Positions 7,885-17,212 of a stretch of DNA of 64,000 nt are shown piece by piece. A program made the translations under genes and the position numbers. The notes below the pieces were generated by a model that saw only the letters and a list, made by a program, of their open reading frames with translations, did no database searches and was not told the origin of the DNA. Numbering within the stretch: the first letter of the stretch is position 1; each line of letters starts with the position of its first letter. The DNA comes from a virus: positions 64,001-128,000 of IMG/VR virus record IMGVR_UViG_3300028549_003662, one strand, 5' to 3'.

Positions 7885-8618
7885 GACGCCTCCCCCACGA
7901 ACTTCAGCATCTCACGCAGCAGCTCGGTGCCGACAACGGTCTCGTCACCCCTGTGCTCCGAGCGCTGTATCTGCTCCAGCACCTGCGCGCGTATGATGCG
8001 CTCCCTGTCGCCGCACTGCGCGATGGGGCGCAGAGCACCCACGGAGGCGTAGAAGTCCATCAGGAGGTTCCGCGGCAGCGCGATGTGCGACTCCGGGTAC
8101 TCATGCAGCCTGTTGCGGACCTTACCCACCACAGCGTAGTCGCAGACGGGCTCCTCAATGAGCTTCAGCATGTCACGCAACAGCACCACCGGTGCGATGA
8201 CGGCATCGGCGTCGTCAGGGTTGTAGATGCACTTCTCCACCGCATCGAGGATGTCGAACTCGCGCTGCAGCAATGGACGCTTCGCACGCAGAGTGTGCTC
8301 CACCTCATGGTGGGCGTCCAGGAGCATCTGGCGCGGGAGCCCGATGAGGCGCTCCACGACACCATATAAGGCCCGGTGGAGTTGCGTGATGGCGTCAGGG
8401 GGTGCTGGGACGGCGCGCGCAAGAACCCGCAGGAGCACGATGAGGTCGCCGACGTCGACATGCGCATGCAGTGTACCCTGCTGCCGCGTGAGGCCCTCCA
8501 CGCGCAGAAACGCCGCATGCTCCTTCGGCGTCAGCTTGTGCGCGCAGAACGGGCACGGCTCCGCGACATCGTTGCTGCGCCACTCACGGCCGCATGTTCC
8601 GCAGTTGATTTCCATCAC
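7881..8618 (-). CDS. Hypothetical protein with N-terminal Zn ribbon
   Basis: CGTC..W...EPCPFC. Confidence 0.7.
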   Translation of the reverse strand: MMEINCGTCGREWRSNDVAEPCPFCAHKLTPKEHAAFLRVEGLTRQQGTLHAHVDVGDLIVLLRVLARAVPAPPDAITQLHRALYGVVERLIGLPRQMLLDAHHEVEHTLRAKRPLLQREFDILDAVEKCIYNPDDADAVIAPVVLLRDMLKLIEEPVCDYAVVGKVRNRLHEYPESHIALPRNLLMDFYASVGALRPIAQCGDRERIIRAQVLEQIQRSEHRGDETVVGTELLREMLKFVGEAS

Positions 8619-8959
8619 AGCGCTCCTTCACCGAGCGCTGTGAGCTCGTACTTGCCGTTTTCGCGGAAGACGAGACCGAGATCCGTCGCTTCGCGCAGCA
8701 GCGTCGCCGTGATGGCGCGCACGTCGCCGTTCTTCACGGCATGCAGCGCCCGCACCAGCGCGGCGTCCATAGCGGGCGGGGCGTCTTCCACGAAGCGGAC
8801 GAAGTTCGGGTACGCGATCTCGACATTGCCGTCATCGCGTTCCACCACAATACCGGCTGTGTGGCTCCCCAGGACGACCCCGGTGTACCTCACGCTTTGC
8901 TTGGTGTAATCGGTGTGGACCTCACAGCGGCGCCCGGAAATACGTGTATTATCCAACAT
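8615..8959 (-). CDS. Hypothetical protein with C-terminal winged-helix-like segment
   Basis: AGGAGG RBS; DLGLVFRENGKYELTALG. Confidence 0.65.
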   Translation of the reverse strand: MLDNTRISGRRCEVHTDYTKQSVRYTGVVLGSHTAGIVVERDDGNVEIAYPNFVRFVEDAPPAMDAALVRALHAVKNGDVRAITATLLREATDLGLVFRENGKYELTALGEGAL

Positions 8960-9464
8960 CTCGTCCTCCTGTGCGCGCCCGGCATTCGAGCGCGGTTTTT
9001 TCGATGTGACACTTCGTGCAGAGCGTCTGCAGGTTGCTCGGCAGCCACGCCGCATACCACTCGATGACATTAGCCTGCGTGAGCTCCTGCAGGTCCAGCA
9101 GCGGCCACCTGTGCAGCGGTATGATGTGGTCGACCTCCGTCGCGGTCTCGTACGCTGTGAGCCCGCATGTCGCGCACGTCCAGTTGTCACGCTTCTTGAT
9201 GAGCTTGCGCATGTACTTCCAGTCGAAGAGCATGCGGTACTCGTTCACGCACTCCAGGTGCCAGGTCGCGCGCGTCGGCGACTTCCGCTGCCCCTTCAGG
9301 ATGGGCTGGTCGCACCACTCACACCAGCCGCGGCGGTCGGTGCCGTGACGCTTGTAGTGGGCGTACATCCACGGCGGCTTCGGCGGGCAGCGGTGGAGGT
9401 GCGGAACCACGATACCCGCGCGCACCGGCGGCGTCCGATCCCCTGCGCTCTTCAGGAGCTTCAT
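8949..9464 (-). CDS. HNH endonuclease
   Basis: RDNWTCATCG...EVDHIIP...NLQTLCTKCHIEKT. Confidence 0.9.
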   Translation of the reverse strand: MKLLKSAGDRTPPVRAGIVVPHLHRCPPKPPWMYAHYKRHGTDRRGWCEWCDQPILKGQRKSPTRATWHLECVNEYRMLFDWKYMRKLIKKRDNWTCATCGLTAYETATEVDHIIPLHRWPLLDLQELTQANVIEWYAAWLPSNLQTLCTKCHIEKTALECRARTGGRDVG

Positions 9465-9805
9465 CCCTTCCGCGCCTCCGCGATAGCGAAGCGCAGCGCG
9501 TCCGCGATCTCATCGCGCCGCAAACCCCCGATGACGACCGTCTGGGCGTCAAGGCCGTCCACAAGCAGCAGAAGGCGTTCCAGAATCTCGAATTGGCGCG
9601 CGTAGAAGATGCGGTGCAGTGTGCACTCTTCGCCCTTCAGGGGGTAGTTGTGGTCCATCCCCATGTCGTAGGTGTCGCGGAGGCCGCCGCAGGTCTTGCA
9701 CGTCCAGGGATTGCTGCGATGACCACCACGGATGGGGCAGTCGAGCGGGCACTCGTCGCTTTCCACCATCTCCTTCGTGATGACAAACTCCTTAGAATAT
9801 GCCAT
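9461..9805 (-). CDS. Cys-rich hypothetical protein
   Basis: GGGAGG RBS at MAYSKEF; CPLDC, CKTC. Confidence 0.65.
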   Translation of the reverse strand: MAYSKEFVITKEMVESDECPLDCPIRGGHRSNPWTCKTCGGLRDTYDMGMDHNYPLKGEECTLHRIFYARQFEILERLLLLVDGLDAQTVVIGGLRRDEIADALRFAIAEARKG

Positions 9806-10712
9806 GACCGCCTCCCTGCAGGAAGCGCTCGACGTCGTCCCAACGTGTGGCGGCGATGGCGAGGTTGGCGCGATGCTGCTCCTCTTTGACCGCAACAGCA
9901 TCCCAGGCGTCGGCGTCGATGAGGTTGTCGATCTCGTCCGCGATGAGGGCGTCGATGACAGTGGGTTCCAGGGCATCAAGCTCCCAGGAACTGTCGCCGT
10001 AGAGGGTGCGGTAGCCGTCGGAGCGGCTGTCGCTGTCCTTGGCGGGGTTGGGCGGCGGACGGTACTGCTCGATCTGGTCGAAATTGAGGGCAAGGCGGCG
10101 CACCTCCACCTCCTCACCGGCGAACATGGCCAGCCGGTCGGTGTTGTCGCGTGTCATGTCGATCCCAGAGGGGTCGTGGTCGCCAAGGTGGAACACGATG
10201 GGGGTGAGGCCGCGCTGCAGCAGTGCTGCGAACCTGCTGCCCGCGCGCCACTGCTCGCTCTGGCTGGTGTAGCCGCGGCAGGCGAAGAAGGGGACACGGA
10301 AACGGCGGCACGCGGGTTCGATGACACCCACGAGGGCGTCCTTCTCGATCCACACTTCGGGGCGGTAGCGCTGCCCCTCCCAGAGGTCGAGGCAGAACTG
10401 ATCGGCAAGGGCGTGCATGACCTCGCTGGGGCTCTCCCAGGACGGTGAGGTGCGGACGTTGCGCGTGCGGTCCTCAATGGCCTCCCAGTCGATGAGACCC
10501 GCGAGGCGGCCGTCGTTGATGATGCCGCCGAGGCGCTTGTACTCGCTCTGTCGGTTCGGGACGATGTCGCGGGCCACGAACTGGTAGTAGAGCTGGCGCA
10601 GCGTCAGTGTGAAGCCCTGGCGGCGGTACTCCTCAATGATGATGTTCGCCGTCTCAATGACGGCCATGCTGCCGGGGTGGAAGCGCTTGGGGACGTACAA
10701 CTCACAGGCCAT
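9792..10712 (-). CDS. Toprim-domain protein (Topo VI-A/Spo11-like, wHTH plus Toprim)
   Basis: TLRQLYY (putative catalytic Tyr), EVWIEKDAL, CRGYTS, HLGDHDPSG (DxD), WELDAL. Confidence 0.8.
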   Translation of the reverse strand: MACELYVPKRFHPGSMAVIETANIIIEEYRRQGFTLTLRQLYYQFVARDIVPNRQSEYKRLGGIINDGRLAGLIDWEAIEDRTRNVRTSPSWESPSEVMHALADQFCLDLWEGQRYRPEVWIEKDALVGVIEPACRRFRVPFFACRGYTSQSEQWRAGSRFAALLQRGLTPIVFHLGDHDPSGIDMTRDNTDRLAMFAGEEVEVRRLALNFDQIEQYRPPPNPAKDSDSRSDGYRTLYGDSSWELDALEPTVIDALIADEIDNLIDADAWDAVAVKEEQHRANLAIAATRWDDVERFLQGGGHGIF

Positions 10713-11076
10713 GACCGGTTTCCTCCATGTCATCGACGAACTCAGCGAGGCTCGTCCACATGTTCTTCCCCTCGGAGTGTCCCTTTCCGGTGCTGTAGCA
10801 GCACTCCTTGGCGTTCGGGCAGGGGTCTTTGCGCGTGGGGCGGTTCAGGCAGGTCGCGCAGGCCAAGTTGTTCTTCAAGGTCGCGATGGCGCCGTCCTTG
10901 AGCCGGATCTCTTTGCCCAGGTCGGATATGACGACAAGGAGATCAGGGAAAACAACGAAAAGGCGCTCGCAGAGGTAGCGGTACGCGGTGACGTCCTTGT
11001 CAGGGAATGTGGCGCGGTCATGACAGGTGGCTTCGTAGCACCGGCAGAGATCCGCAAGTTCGATGTCGGTAATCAT
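10702..11076 (-). CDS. Hypothetical protein, Cys-rich C-terminus
   Basis: GGAGG RBS; CATC...CP...CC. Confidence 0.6.
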   Translation of the reverse strand: MITDIELADLCRCYEATCHDRATFPDKDVTAYRYLCERLFVVFPDLLVVISDLGKEIRLKDGAIATLKNNLACATCLNRPTRKDPCPNAKECCYSTGKGHSEGKNMWTSLAEFVDDMEETGHGL

Positions 11077-11174
11077 GGTGGGGTGCGCCTCCGGCCACGG
11101 TGTGGCCAATCAGGGTTAGGGTCGGGCTTCGAAACGGCCGGGAGGAAGGGGCTCCCGGCCGTACATATTTTGGT

Positions 11175-11203
11175 CTTTTACGCGGAATTTTACGGCCTGT
11201 CAA
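11175..11203 (-). promoter_or_regulatory. Sigma70-like promoter for the Toprim-HNH-purZ operon
   Basis: TTGACA-17 bp-TAAAAG. Confidence 0.5.
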
Positions 11204-11516
11204 GGACGTTTTTGCTGATTTTCCACCTTCCATACCATATATGGCCGTCCCAGGTGTGCGGGCCGCTCTCGACCACTACCGGGCCGTCGAAGAGGGCGTC
11301 GCACGTCCATTGCAGCACGCATTCGATGGCGCGGCGCAGGGCGTGGTCGTGCATCTTCTTTCCGGCGAGCCGCATGCAGTACATCTCAAAGAAGAGGCGG
11401 CTCAGTGCCTGGATGAGAGCTCGCGCCGGAGCGGCAATGACGAAGTGCACGATGAGGGCGGTGATTACCACCCACACCGCGATGCCTGACCATTGTAGAA
11501 ACGCCGCCAGCGTCAT
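11190..11516 (-). CDS. Membrane-anchored hypothetical protein
   Basis: N-terminal TM helix. Confidence 0.6.
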   Translation of the reverse strand: MTLAAFLQWSGIAVWVVITALIVHFVIAAPARALIQALSRLFFEMYCMRLAGKKMHDHALRRAIECVLQWTCDALFDGPVVVESGPHTWDGHIWYGRWKISKNVLDRP

Positions 11517-11520
11517 TTCA

Positions 11521-12219
11521 TTACTCCACAGGGCACTTGAAGGTGAGGTGCGACATCAGCGGAGCATACGCCGCCACGGCGGCAATCCACTGCACGTGCT
11601 TGTTCGCGCCGTTGATGACCCCGCCGAGGATGTTTTCGAGGACATTGACGTGCACGCTTCCTTCGCCATTCGGGCACACCATCGAAGCGTCGAAGATGTT
11701 GCGGTGGTAGGCACGCACGTAGACGGTGTTGGTGCCCTCGTCGTAGGCGAAGATCTCCCAATGCGGGACGCTGATGCCGGCGTACTCAAACAGGACGTCG
11801 TTGGCGGCCTTCTCGACGCCGGCGGCGTCGGTGCGCGAGATCGCAGCAGTCTTCGAGGGGAAGCGCATGCGGCCGTCCTTGGTGCGATGCAGCATGTACA
11901 TCTTCCCCTGGGGGTCGGCGAGCACGACGGCAATGGTCATATCGCCGGGTTTGGGCAGCATGCTGTCCTCGGCAATCAAGCTCGACGTGTACACGACGGG
12001 CTCGGTCGTCCCCGCCATAGCCACAGCGGCGCTGGTGAGGGTTTCGCGCAACACATCGGACTGGTCGCCGACACTGAGGACGGAGGGCGAGATGGTGACG
12101 TCGTCAGTGATCTCTTCGTCGCCGATGAACTCCAGGCCATAGGTGTCAAGGCTGGCGAGACTCGGAGCCTCCGTGGTGTCCTTGCTTTTGCTTTCTTCAG
12201 GACGGCGTATCTTGGCCAT
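11521..12219 (-). CDS. Hypothetical protein, possible degenerate Nudix fold
   Basis: AVVLADPQGKMYMLHR...RFP...EKAANDVLFEYAGI follows Nudix topology but lacks REUxEE. Confidence 0.5.
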   Translation of the reverse strand: MAKIRRPEESKSKDTTEAPSLASLDTYGLEFIGDEEITDDVTISPSVLSVGDQSDVLRETLTSAAVAMAGTTEPVVYTSSLIAEDSMLPKPGDMTIAVVLADPQGKMYMLHRTKDGRMRFPSKTAAISRTDAAGVEKAANDVLFEYAGISVPHWEIFAYDEGTNTVYVRAYHRNIFDASMVCPNGEGSVHVNVLENILGGVINGANKHVQWIAAVAAYAPLMSHLTFKCPVE

Positions 12220-12487
12220 TTTCGTACTCCTCGATGGCCGCAAGTCCGGCCGGTTTGATGGTGACTAAAGGGTTCCCGTATTCGTCACTGCCATGCCACA
12301 CCAGCCCCTTGTTGTGCAAGCGGGTGCTCCACCGGCTCGCGAGCATCCCCAGGCCCTGGGCGTTGCTGCCTCTGCTGCCGCCTCTGAGGTTGAACACGAC
12401 GCCTCCGAGTGCTGAGTTGCCGCGTACGCCGCGGATGCCACCGGTGGCGACGTGCTTCAGGAACTTGTACACGAAAGGGGAGATCAT
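12197..12487 (-). CDS. Small winged-helix-like protein
   Basis: RLHNKGLV...TIKPAGLAAI; AGGAG RBS. Confidence 0.65.
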   Translation of the reverse strand: MISPFVYKFLKHVATGGIRGVRGNSALGGVVFNLRGGSRGSNAQGLGMLASRWSTRLHNKGLVWHGSDEYGNPLVTIKPAGLAAIEEYENGQDTPS

Positions 12488-12993
12488 GGCTTCTCCTGCG
12501 GCGCGACGAGCTCCCCTACCTCAGTGAGGTGGTAGAGCTTGCGGCTGTCGCGGTAGACGTAGCCCTTGCTTTCCAGAAACAGCAGCGTCTGCCGCACGTT
12601 TGTCCGGGACACGCGGCTGATCTCCGCGATTGTCGCCGCTATGCCACGCCTCTTCAGCTCAGCCATGATCCGCAACGTGGCGATGGAGCGCTTCCGCAGC
12701 GCCCCTGCATCTTTGCGCGCGGGCTTCGGGGGGATATCCAACGGCGCGCCCCCGAAGTTCAACGCCTGCAACTCCGCTATCCGCCCCTGCAGCTTCAACA
12801 GCAGACGCGCTCGTTTGGCGTACGCATCCGCAACGGCGGCCTCATGGTTGTCGAGGCAGTCGTACTTGCGGACCTTGCGCGCTTTCCCGCGCACGTACAC
12901 CTCGTAGTACATCGTGCCGTTCACTATCCGCAGCAACGGCGCCTGGATGATGCCGTGGGTGCGCCACCACGTGGTTACGAAGACGTCAGGCAT
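12484..12993 (-). CDS. DNA-binding protein with C-terminal wHTH
   Basis: TIAEISRVSRTNVRQTLLFLESKGYV...YHLTEVG. Confidence 0.7.
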   Translation of the reverse strand: MPDVFVTTWWRTHGIIQAPLLRIVNGTMYYEVYVRGKARKVRKYDCLDNHEAAVADAYAKRARLLLKLQGRIAELQALNFGGAPLDIPPKPARKDAGALRKRSIATLRIMAELKRRGIAATIAEISRVSRTNVRQTLLFLESKGYVYRDSRKLYHLTEVGELVAPQEKP

Positions 12994-13559
12994 AGCATCT
13001 CATCCAACTCGACACGTTCTTCATTGCGCGCATTCTCGGCCTCGTACTCGATGTCCAGGCAGCGTTGGCAGCGCATGATCGCAGGGTTGCGGGTCATCTC
13101 CTGCACGCCGCGCTCCAGGACTTGGAAGGTCAGCGTGCAGGCGTAGTTGAAGGGCTTGTCCTTCTCGTACATGAAGGGGCAGTTGCTGGCGCAGCACTGG
13201 CTGTAGTACCGTGGGAGGACGTAGCCGAGATCCTCATACGCGCTTTGCTGCGCCGCGAAATGCGCGATGTCGTCCTTCTTGCCCTCCAGCCACGCCTTGA
13301 CCTTCTTGATATTGGCGCGTTCTTCGGGCTTGCACGTGCACTGCGCGGTGATGCAGCCGCAGATGCTGCAGATCGGGGCGCTCGCCGACAGATCCGCTAC
13401 GGTGGCCTGTGCGGAGTTGTACTGATGGATGAGCCGATGCAGCAGCCGCACCGGCACCACGATGCGCTCCAGGCTCTTGGCGAGCGCAATCTGTGTCTTG
13501 ACCTGCAGATCCTCTACCTCAGTGGGGCTGATGCCCATTCCGAAGCTCATACCAACCAC
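12975..13559 (-). CDS. Cys-rich hypothetical protein
   Basis: CSICGCITAQCTC and further Cys clusters. Confidence 0.65.
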   Translation of the reverse strand: MVGMSFGMGISPTEVEDLQVKTQIALAKSLERIVVPVRLLHRLIHQYNSAQATVADLSASAPICSICGCITAQCTCKPEERANIKKVKAWLEGKKDDIAHFAAQQSAYEDLGYVLPRYYSQCCASNCPFMYEKDKPFNYACTLTFQVLERGVQEMTRNPAIMRCQRCLDIEYEAENARNEERVELDEMLCLTSS

Positions 13560-13855
13560 CCCTCGTAGGCGCGCGACCTGGCGTCGAAGCGCTTCTGTAC
13601 GATGTCACCGGCATTGATGCGGCCGTCGTTGAGTGCCGCCACGATGCGCTTGGCCAAGTCCTCGGCGCGCTTAGGGTCCGCAGCGTCACCGACGACACGG
13701 AAGAGCACCTTGCCGCGCTTCTTCGCGTGCGGGTTCCCATTCACGGCCACCCAGGGGAACACCCCCAGGCTGAACGTGCCCTGGTTGGGGGTGATAGTCC
13801 TTCCGCCACGCGGCGCCCAGGCCCCGGCGTACCCGAACTGAATGTCATCAACCAT
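13547..13855 (-). CDS. Hypothetical protein
   Basis: AAGGAG RBS; operon packing. Confidence 0.7.
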   Translation of the reverse strand: MVDDIQFGYAGAWAPRGGRTITPNQGTFSLGVFPWVAVNGNPHAKKRGKVLFRVVGDAADPKRAEDLAKRIVAALNDGRINAGDIVQKRFDARSRAYEGWLV

Positions 13856-14648
13856 GCCGGAACTCCTTCAAGCGTTCGTAGCGCGCGCGGAGTTCTTCCA
13901 GTTCCGACACGGTCGCTTTGACCGCAAACGCGGTCATATTCTGCTCGCGCTCATTGGTGCGCAGGGTGTGCTCGCGCTTGTAGATCTCGCGCAGCAGCAC
14001 AAGCTCGGCGGTGACGGCAGTCAAGTCCTGGCGCACGTCAGCAGTGCCACCGAATGCTGCAGACGCCGCCACTTTGTCGTGCACGTGCACGACAGGCGTT
14101 TCCGCCAGGACGTCGCGCAGCAGTTCAACATGCTTGATGATGGTGTCGCAGTCCGTGCTGCGCTGCAGCCACCCCCAAAGCATCGCGCATTCGCTCATCT
14201 GGCTGTGCATCATGCTCTTCAACCACTCCACGCGCCCCAGAGGGCCGCTGTCGCGCCAATCCTTGGACGGGCTGAAGTCGTCGGGTAGCGCGGCGGCGAT
14301 ATTACCGAGCAGGGTGTTGGTGTTGTTGTGGACGTAGCGGTACTCGACACCGCGGTTGCCCCAACTGATGAGGAACTCCAGGAGCTCTACAACCTGGCGC
14401 GAGGACTCCTCAACAGGCATGTTCGCCCCCAGGGGAACGCCCTGCAAGATCTCCGCGAAGACATCGCGGTTGCTCTCGGTGACGTCGGTGTGCGCGCCCA
14501 GGCAGAAATTGTGCTTCTCGAACTGCGCTTTCGGGCACCACGAGGTGTAGCCGTCGGGGTAGACGACGGTGTAGCCGGGCTGACCATCTTTGCTTTCGTG
14601 GAACGCGCTGACGCACTTCACGCCGATGTAAAACTGTGTCTGGCTCAT
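13848..14648 (-). CDS. Phage protein with conserved YIGxK...GY.VVYPDGY.SW.PK..FE N-terminal module
   Basis: N-terminal motif common in phage DUF2829/Gp49-associated proteins. Confidence 0.65.
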   Translation of the reverse strand: MSQTQFYIGVKCVSAFHESKDGQPGYTVVYPDGYTSWCPKAQFEKHNFCLGAHTDVTESNRDVFAEILQGVPLGANMPVEESSRQVVELLEFLISWGNRGVEYRYVHNNTNTLLGNIAAALPDDFSPSKDWRDSGPLGRVEWLKSMMHSQMSECAMLWGWLQRSTDCDTIIKHVELLRDVLAETPVVHVHDKVAASAAFGGTADVRQDLTAVTAELVLLREIYKREHTLRTNEREQNMTAFAVKATVSELEELRARYERLKEFRHG

Positions 14649-14669
14649 GTCGGTCTCCTTCTTCAGGGG

Positions 14670-15134
14670 TTAGTAGGTGATGTTGGGCTTCACGAGGCGC
14701 GCGCCTTTGAGGCCCACTTCGAGCAGTTTCGAGTACCCGTAGTCGTGGCAGACCCATCTTCCGTCCAGGATGCCCCAGTTGCGGTAGAAGACGTCGGTGA
14801 AGAAGTTGGGGATGCTCTTCGGGAACGGCGGATCGTTCTTTCCGGGCTCGCGCGTGCGCGTCATCACCAGGGCGCGGCCCAGCGGGGAGATGAAGTGCAC
14901 CGGTGCGAACCACTTCGCCCAGATGCTGTCTCTCGCGGTGAGCCAGATGCTGTGCTCGTAGCAGTTGTGGAAGGTGGACGCACATTCTATCTTTACCACC
15001 CACTTCTCGTTGGGGCGGTAGACGTAGACCTCACGCGTCCCGCCTTCCCCGATGCGGTCGGAGAAGAGGAGCTGGTTGATGTCGGCCTGCAGGTCAGGCT
15101 TCCAGTTCAGGTATTCCTGGTGGCTCACTGGCAT
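14670..15134 (-). CDS. Minimal protein-kinase-like (PKL fold) protein
   Basis: IGEGGTREVY, VVK, N..E, DVFYRNWG (catalytic loop), HDYG. Confidence 0.7.
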   Translation of the reverse strand: MPVSHQEYLNWKPDLQADINQLLFSDRIGEGGTREVYVYRPNEKWVVKIECASTFHNCYEHSIWLTARDSIWAKWFAPVHFISPLGRALVMTRTREPGKNDPPFPKSIPNFFTDVFYRNWGILDGRWVCHDYGYSKLLEVGLKGARLVKPNITY

Positions 15135-15478
15135 ATGCAAGCCGCCTCTGCAGCACACTTCCCCACGTAGGAGGAGGTGATGTAGCAGGCCAGTCCGACG
15201 GCCACCGGGTACCCCATCATGGGGCCGATGACGTAGAAGCCGTAGAGACCACATCCGAGACTGAACAGCAGGATGGTGACGAACACCATGAACTGGCACA
15301 GCGAGGGCTGCGCGCGCAGGACATTCACCAAGTTGAAGTGCCCCTCGACGACGAATGCCTGCGGGCACTCTACGCGCGTGGAGCGCACTCTGGCCTCGTG
15401 GACGATGGGGCGGCGGGTACCGCGGCAGAGCTTGCGCCGGCGGATATGCGCGCAGCAAAAGACGTTCAAGTTCTTCAT
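15125..15478 (-). CDS. Membrane protein
   Basis: Two C-terminal TM segments; GAGGAG RBS. Confidence 0.55.
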   Translation of the reverse strand: MKNLNVFCCAHIRRRKLCRGTRRPIVHEARVRSTRVECPQAFVVEGHFNLVNVLRAQPSLCQFMVFVTILLFSLGCGLYGFYVIGPMMGYPVAVGLACYITSSYVGKCAAEAACICQ

Positions 15479-15663
15479 CAGATGCGCTCCTCGATGACGT
15501 AGCCGGAGAGGCCACCAATCATGGCTCCAAAAAATACAACAACGGCGAACACGAGCTGGGTTGCATGCGGTGCGAGGAGCAGCACGAAGCCACCAAAAAT
15601 AACGCCATCGAGGACAGTCCCGATAAGGCAGAAGAAGTCGCCGCGCAGGCTGACCTTGCTCAT
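15478..15663 (-). CDS. Small two-TM membrane protein
   Basis: Hydrophobic 61 aa; coupled on both sides. Confidence 0.6.
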   Translation of the reverse strand: MSKVSLRGDFFCLIGTVLDGVIFGGFVLLLAPHATQLVFAVVVFFGAMIGGLSGYVIEERI

Positions 15664-16217
15664 TCCGCGACCTTCTTTCTGCAGATTTCCTCGTAAGCGA
15701 AGCGCACGACGTCCTCCACGGTGGCTGCCTCGAAGATGCTACGGTCGCCGCTGTCAGAGGTCAGGAACACGCCCCATCCCTTCCCGTAAGGCGCCAAGTG
15801 CATATGTGTGGTGCCGTCCGTCGCTTTGTCGAGCTTCTCCTTGATATCCTCCAGCATGTTGTGGATGTAGGAGGTGGGGGTGCGCTGCGCCTGCGGAGGG
15901 TTGGCGAATATGACGGTGCACGGCGTCGGGAACTCTTCCAAGTCCTGGTGGCGCGTGAAGTGGCGCATCTTCGCCGCCTTGTTCTGCATGGCCCGGCACA
16001 GCAGGTCCACCTGCAGGTCGCCGCAGGCCACCATGAGCTCGACGACGTAGAGGGCGTCGCCGACCTCCTTATGCAGCAGCATGTGGTTGGTGGTGTGCGC
16101 GGGGTCGTTGGCATCAAAGGCGTCCGGCCCGAAGCGGTGGATCTTCTGAACGATATGGCCGACCTCACACGCTTCTTCGGTGAGGTAGTGCAAGCGTTCG
16201 TCGCTGGAAGCGCTCAT
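15660..16217 (-). CDS. MazG-like nucleotide pyrophosphohydrolase
   Basis: LTEEACEV...QKIHRFG...KEVGD (EExxE...ExxD). Confidence 0.75.
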   Translation of the reverse strand: MSASSDERLHYLTEEACEVGHIVQKIHRFGPDAFDANDPAHTTNHMLLHKEVGDALYVVELMVACGDLQVDLLCRAMQNKAAKMRHFTRHQDLEEFPTPCTVIFANPPQAQRTPTSYIHNMLEDIKEKLDKATDGTTHMHLAPYGKGWGVFLTSDSGDRSIFEAATVEDVVRFAYEEICRKKVAE

Positions 16218-16495
16218 TTCGTGTGCTCCTTCAGGGCCTTCGCGCCCATGTCAGAAATGATGATGTCGCATTTTCCGCAGCCAAACTCGCTCTTGATATT
16301 CATCCGCTTGGCGAGGCCGACACGGATCAGGCTATCGAAGATGCGTTTCGCGAACACGCCATATTTGTGAGGCGGCTTGACGTGGTAGACCTCCGTGGTG
16401 TTGCGCCGGAACGGTGTCGGGTACCACTCGCAGATTACGAGACCAGCATCCACGACCTTCAGGGCGTCAATGGCGCGCTTGGTGAGTGCGCTCAT
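16214..16495 (-). CDS. Small winged-helix-like protein
   Basis: AAGGAG RBS; FDSLIRVGLA...ISDMGAKAL. Confidence 0.6.
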   Translation of the reverse strand: MSALTKRAIDALKVVDAGLVICEWYPTPFRRNTTEVYHVKPPHKYGVFAKRIFDSLIRVGLAKRMNIKSEFGCGKCDIIISDMGAKALKEHTK

Positions 16496-16785
16496 AACGG
16501 CAACTCCTTGAGGATCATGCCCTCTTCGGGCGCCGCTGCGACTTCCAATGCACGCTGCTTCGCCGAGAACGCTTCCGCGCGCTTCTTGAACGCACCCAGG
16601 AAGCTCTCCATGATGGGGACTTCGCCGCGCTCCCAGGCCTGCACGAACCCGAAACGCTCTTCGACAGGTGCCAGCAGCTCCGGCACGCAGCACGAGAAGT
16701 CGGGGCAGCACTCGTCGCTGTCGGGGTTGTGGGTGGGAGTGCCATCCAGCCACAGTTTAAGCTGTTCGCCGCCGTTCATCGTCAT
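16492..16785 (-). CDS. Hypothetical protein (ECCPDFSCC motif)
   Basis: GGGAG RBS; distinctive Cys motif. Confidence 0.65.
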   Translation of the reverse strand: MTMNGGEQLKLWLDGTPTHNPDSDECCPDFSCCVPELLAPVEERFGFVQAWERGEVPIMESFLGAFKKRAEAFSAKQRALEVAAAPEEGMILKELPL

Positions 16786-17210
16786 GCTTGTTCTCCCGCG
16801 GCGGTGAAGCCGCATTCGTAGAGGAAGTGTTGTCCGACGGGTGAACCCAGCCATATCATGACTTGGCGCACAACGGCCGCATCACGGGCGGTCATTTCTC
16901 CGTTGGGGAAATTGAACCTGTTGGCGAGCAGGACCGGGAGCACACCGGCGTATTCGGGGTTCTCCCACGTCTCGCAGACCTTCTTCTCCATCTTCGTTGT
17001 GGGCTTGCGCCGCAATGCCGCTGTGGCGGCATTGCCGTACCGGGCTTCGATCATCGCTTCCAGAGTGCCACGATGCATCAGCGGCGTGCCGCCGTTGTGG
17101 AGGATGTCGACGCGCTTCCCGCATGTTGGGCAGCACACGATGTACTCCCGCTCTTCTACGTACGCTTTCGAGCTCCCGCACCACACACAGATGTTGATGA
17201 CCTTGCTCAT
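16782..17210 (-). CDS. Zn-ribbon hypothetical protein
   Basis: CVWC...CPTC; WLGSPVGQ.FL C-terminal motif. Confidence 0.7.
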   Translation of the reverse strand: MSKVINICVWCGSSKAYVEEREYIVCCPTCGKRVDILHNGGTPLMHRGTLEAMIEARYGNAATAALRRKPTTKMEKKVCETWENPEYAGVLPVLLANRFNFPNGEMTARDAAVVRQVMIWLGSPVGQHFLYECGFTAAGEQA

Positions 17211-17212
17211 GT

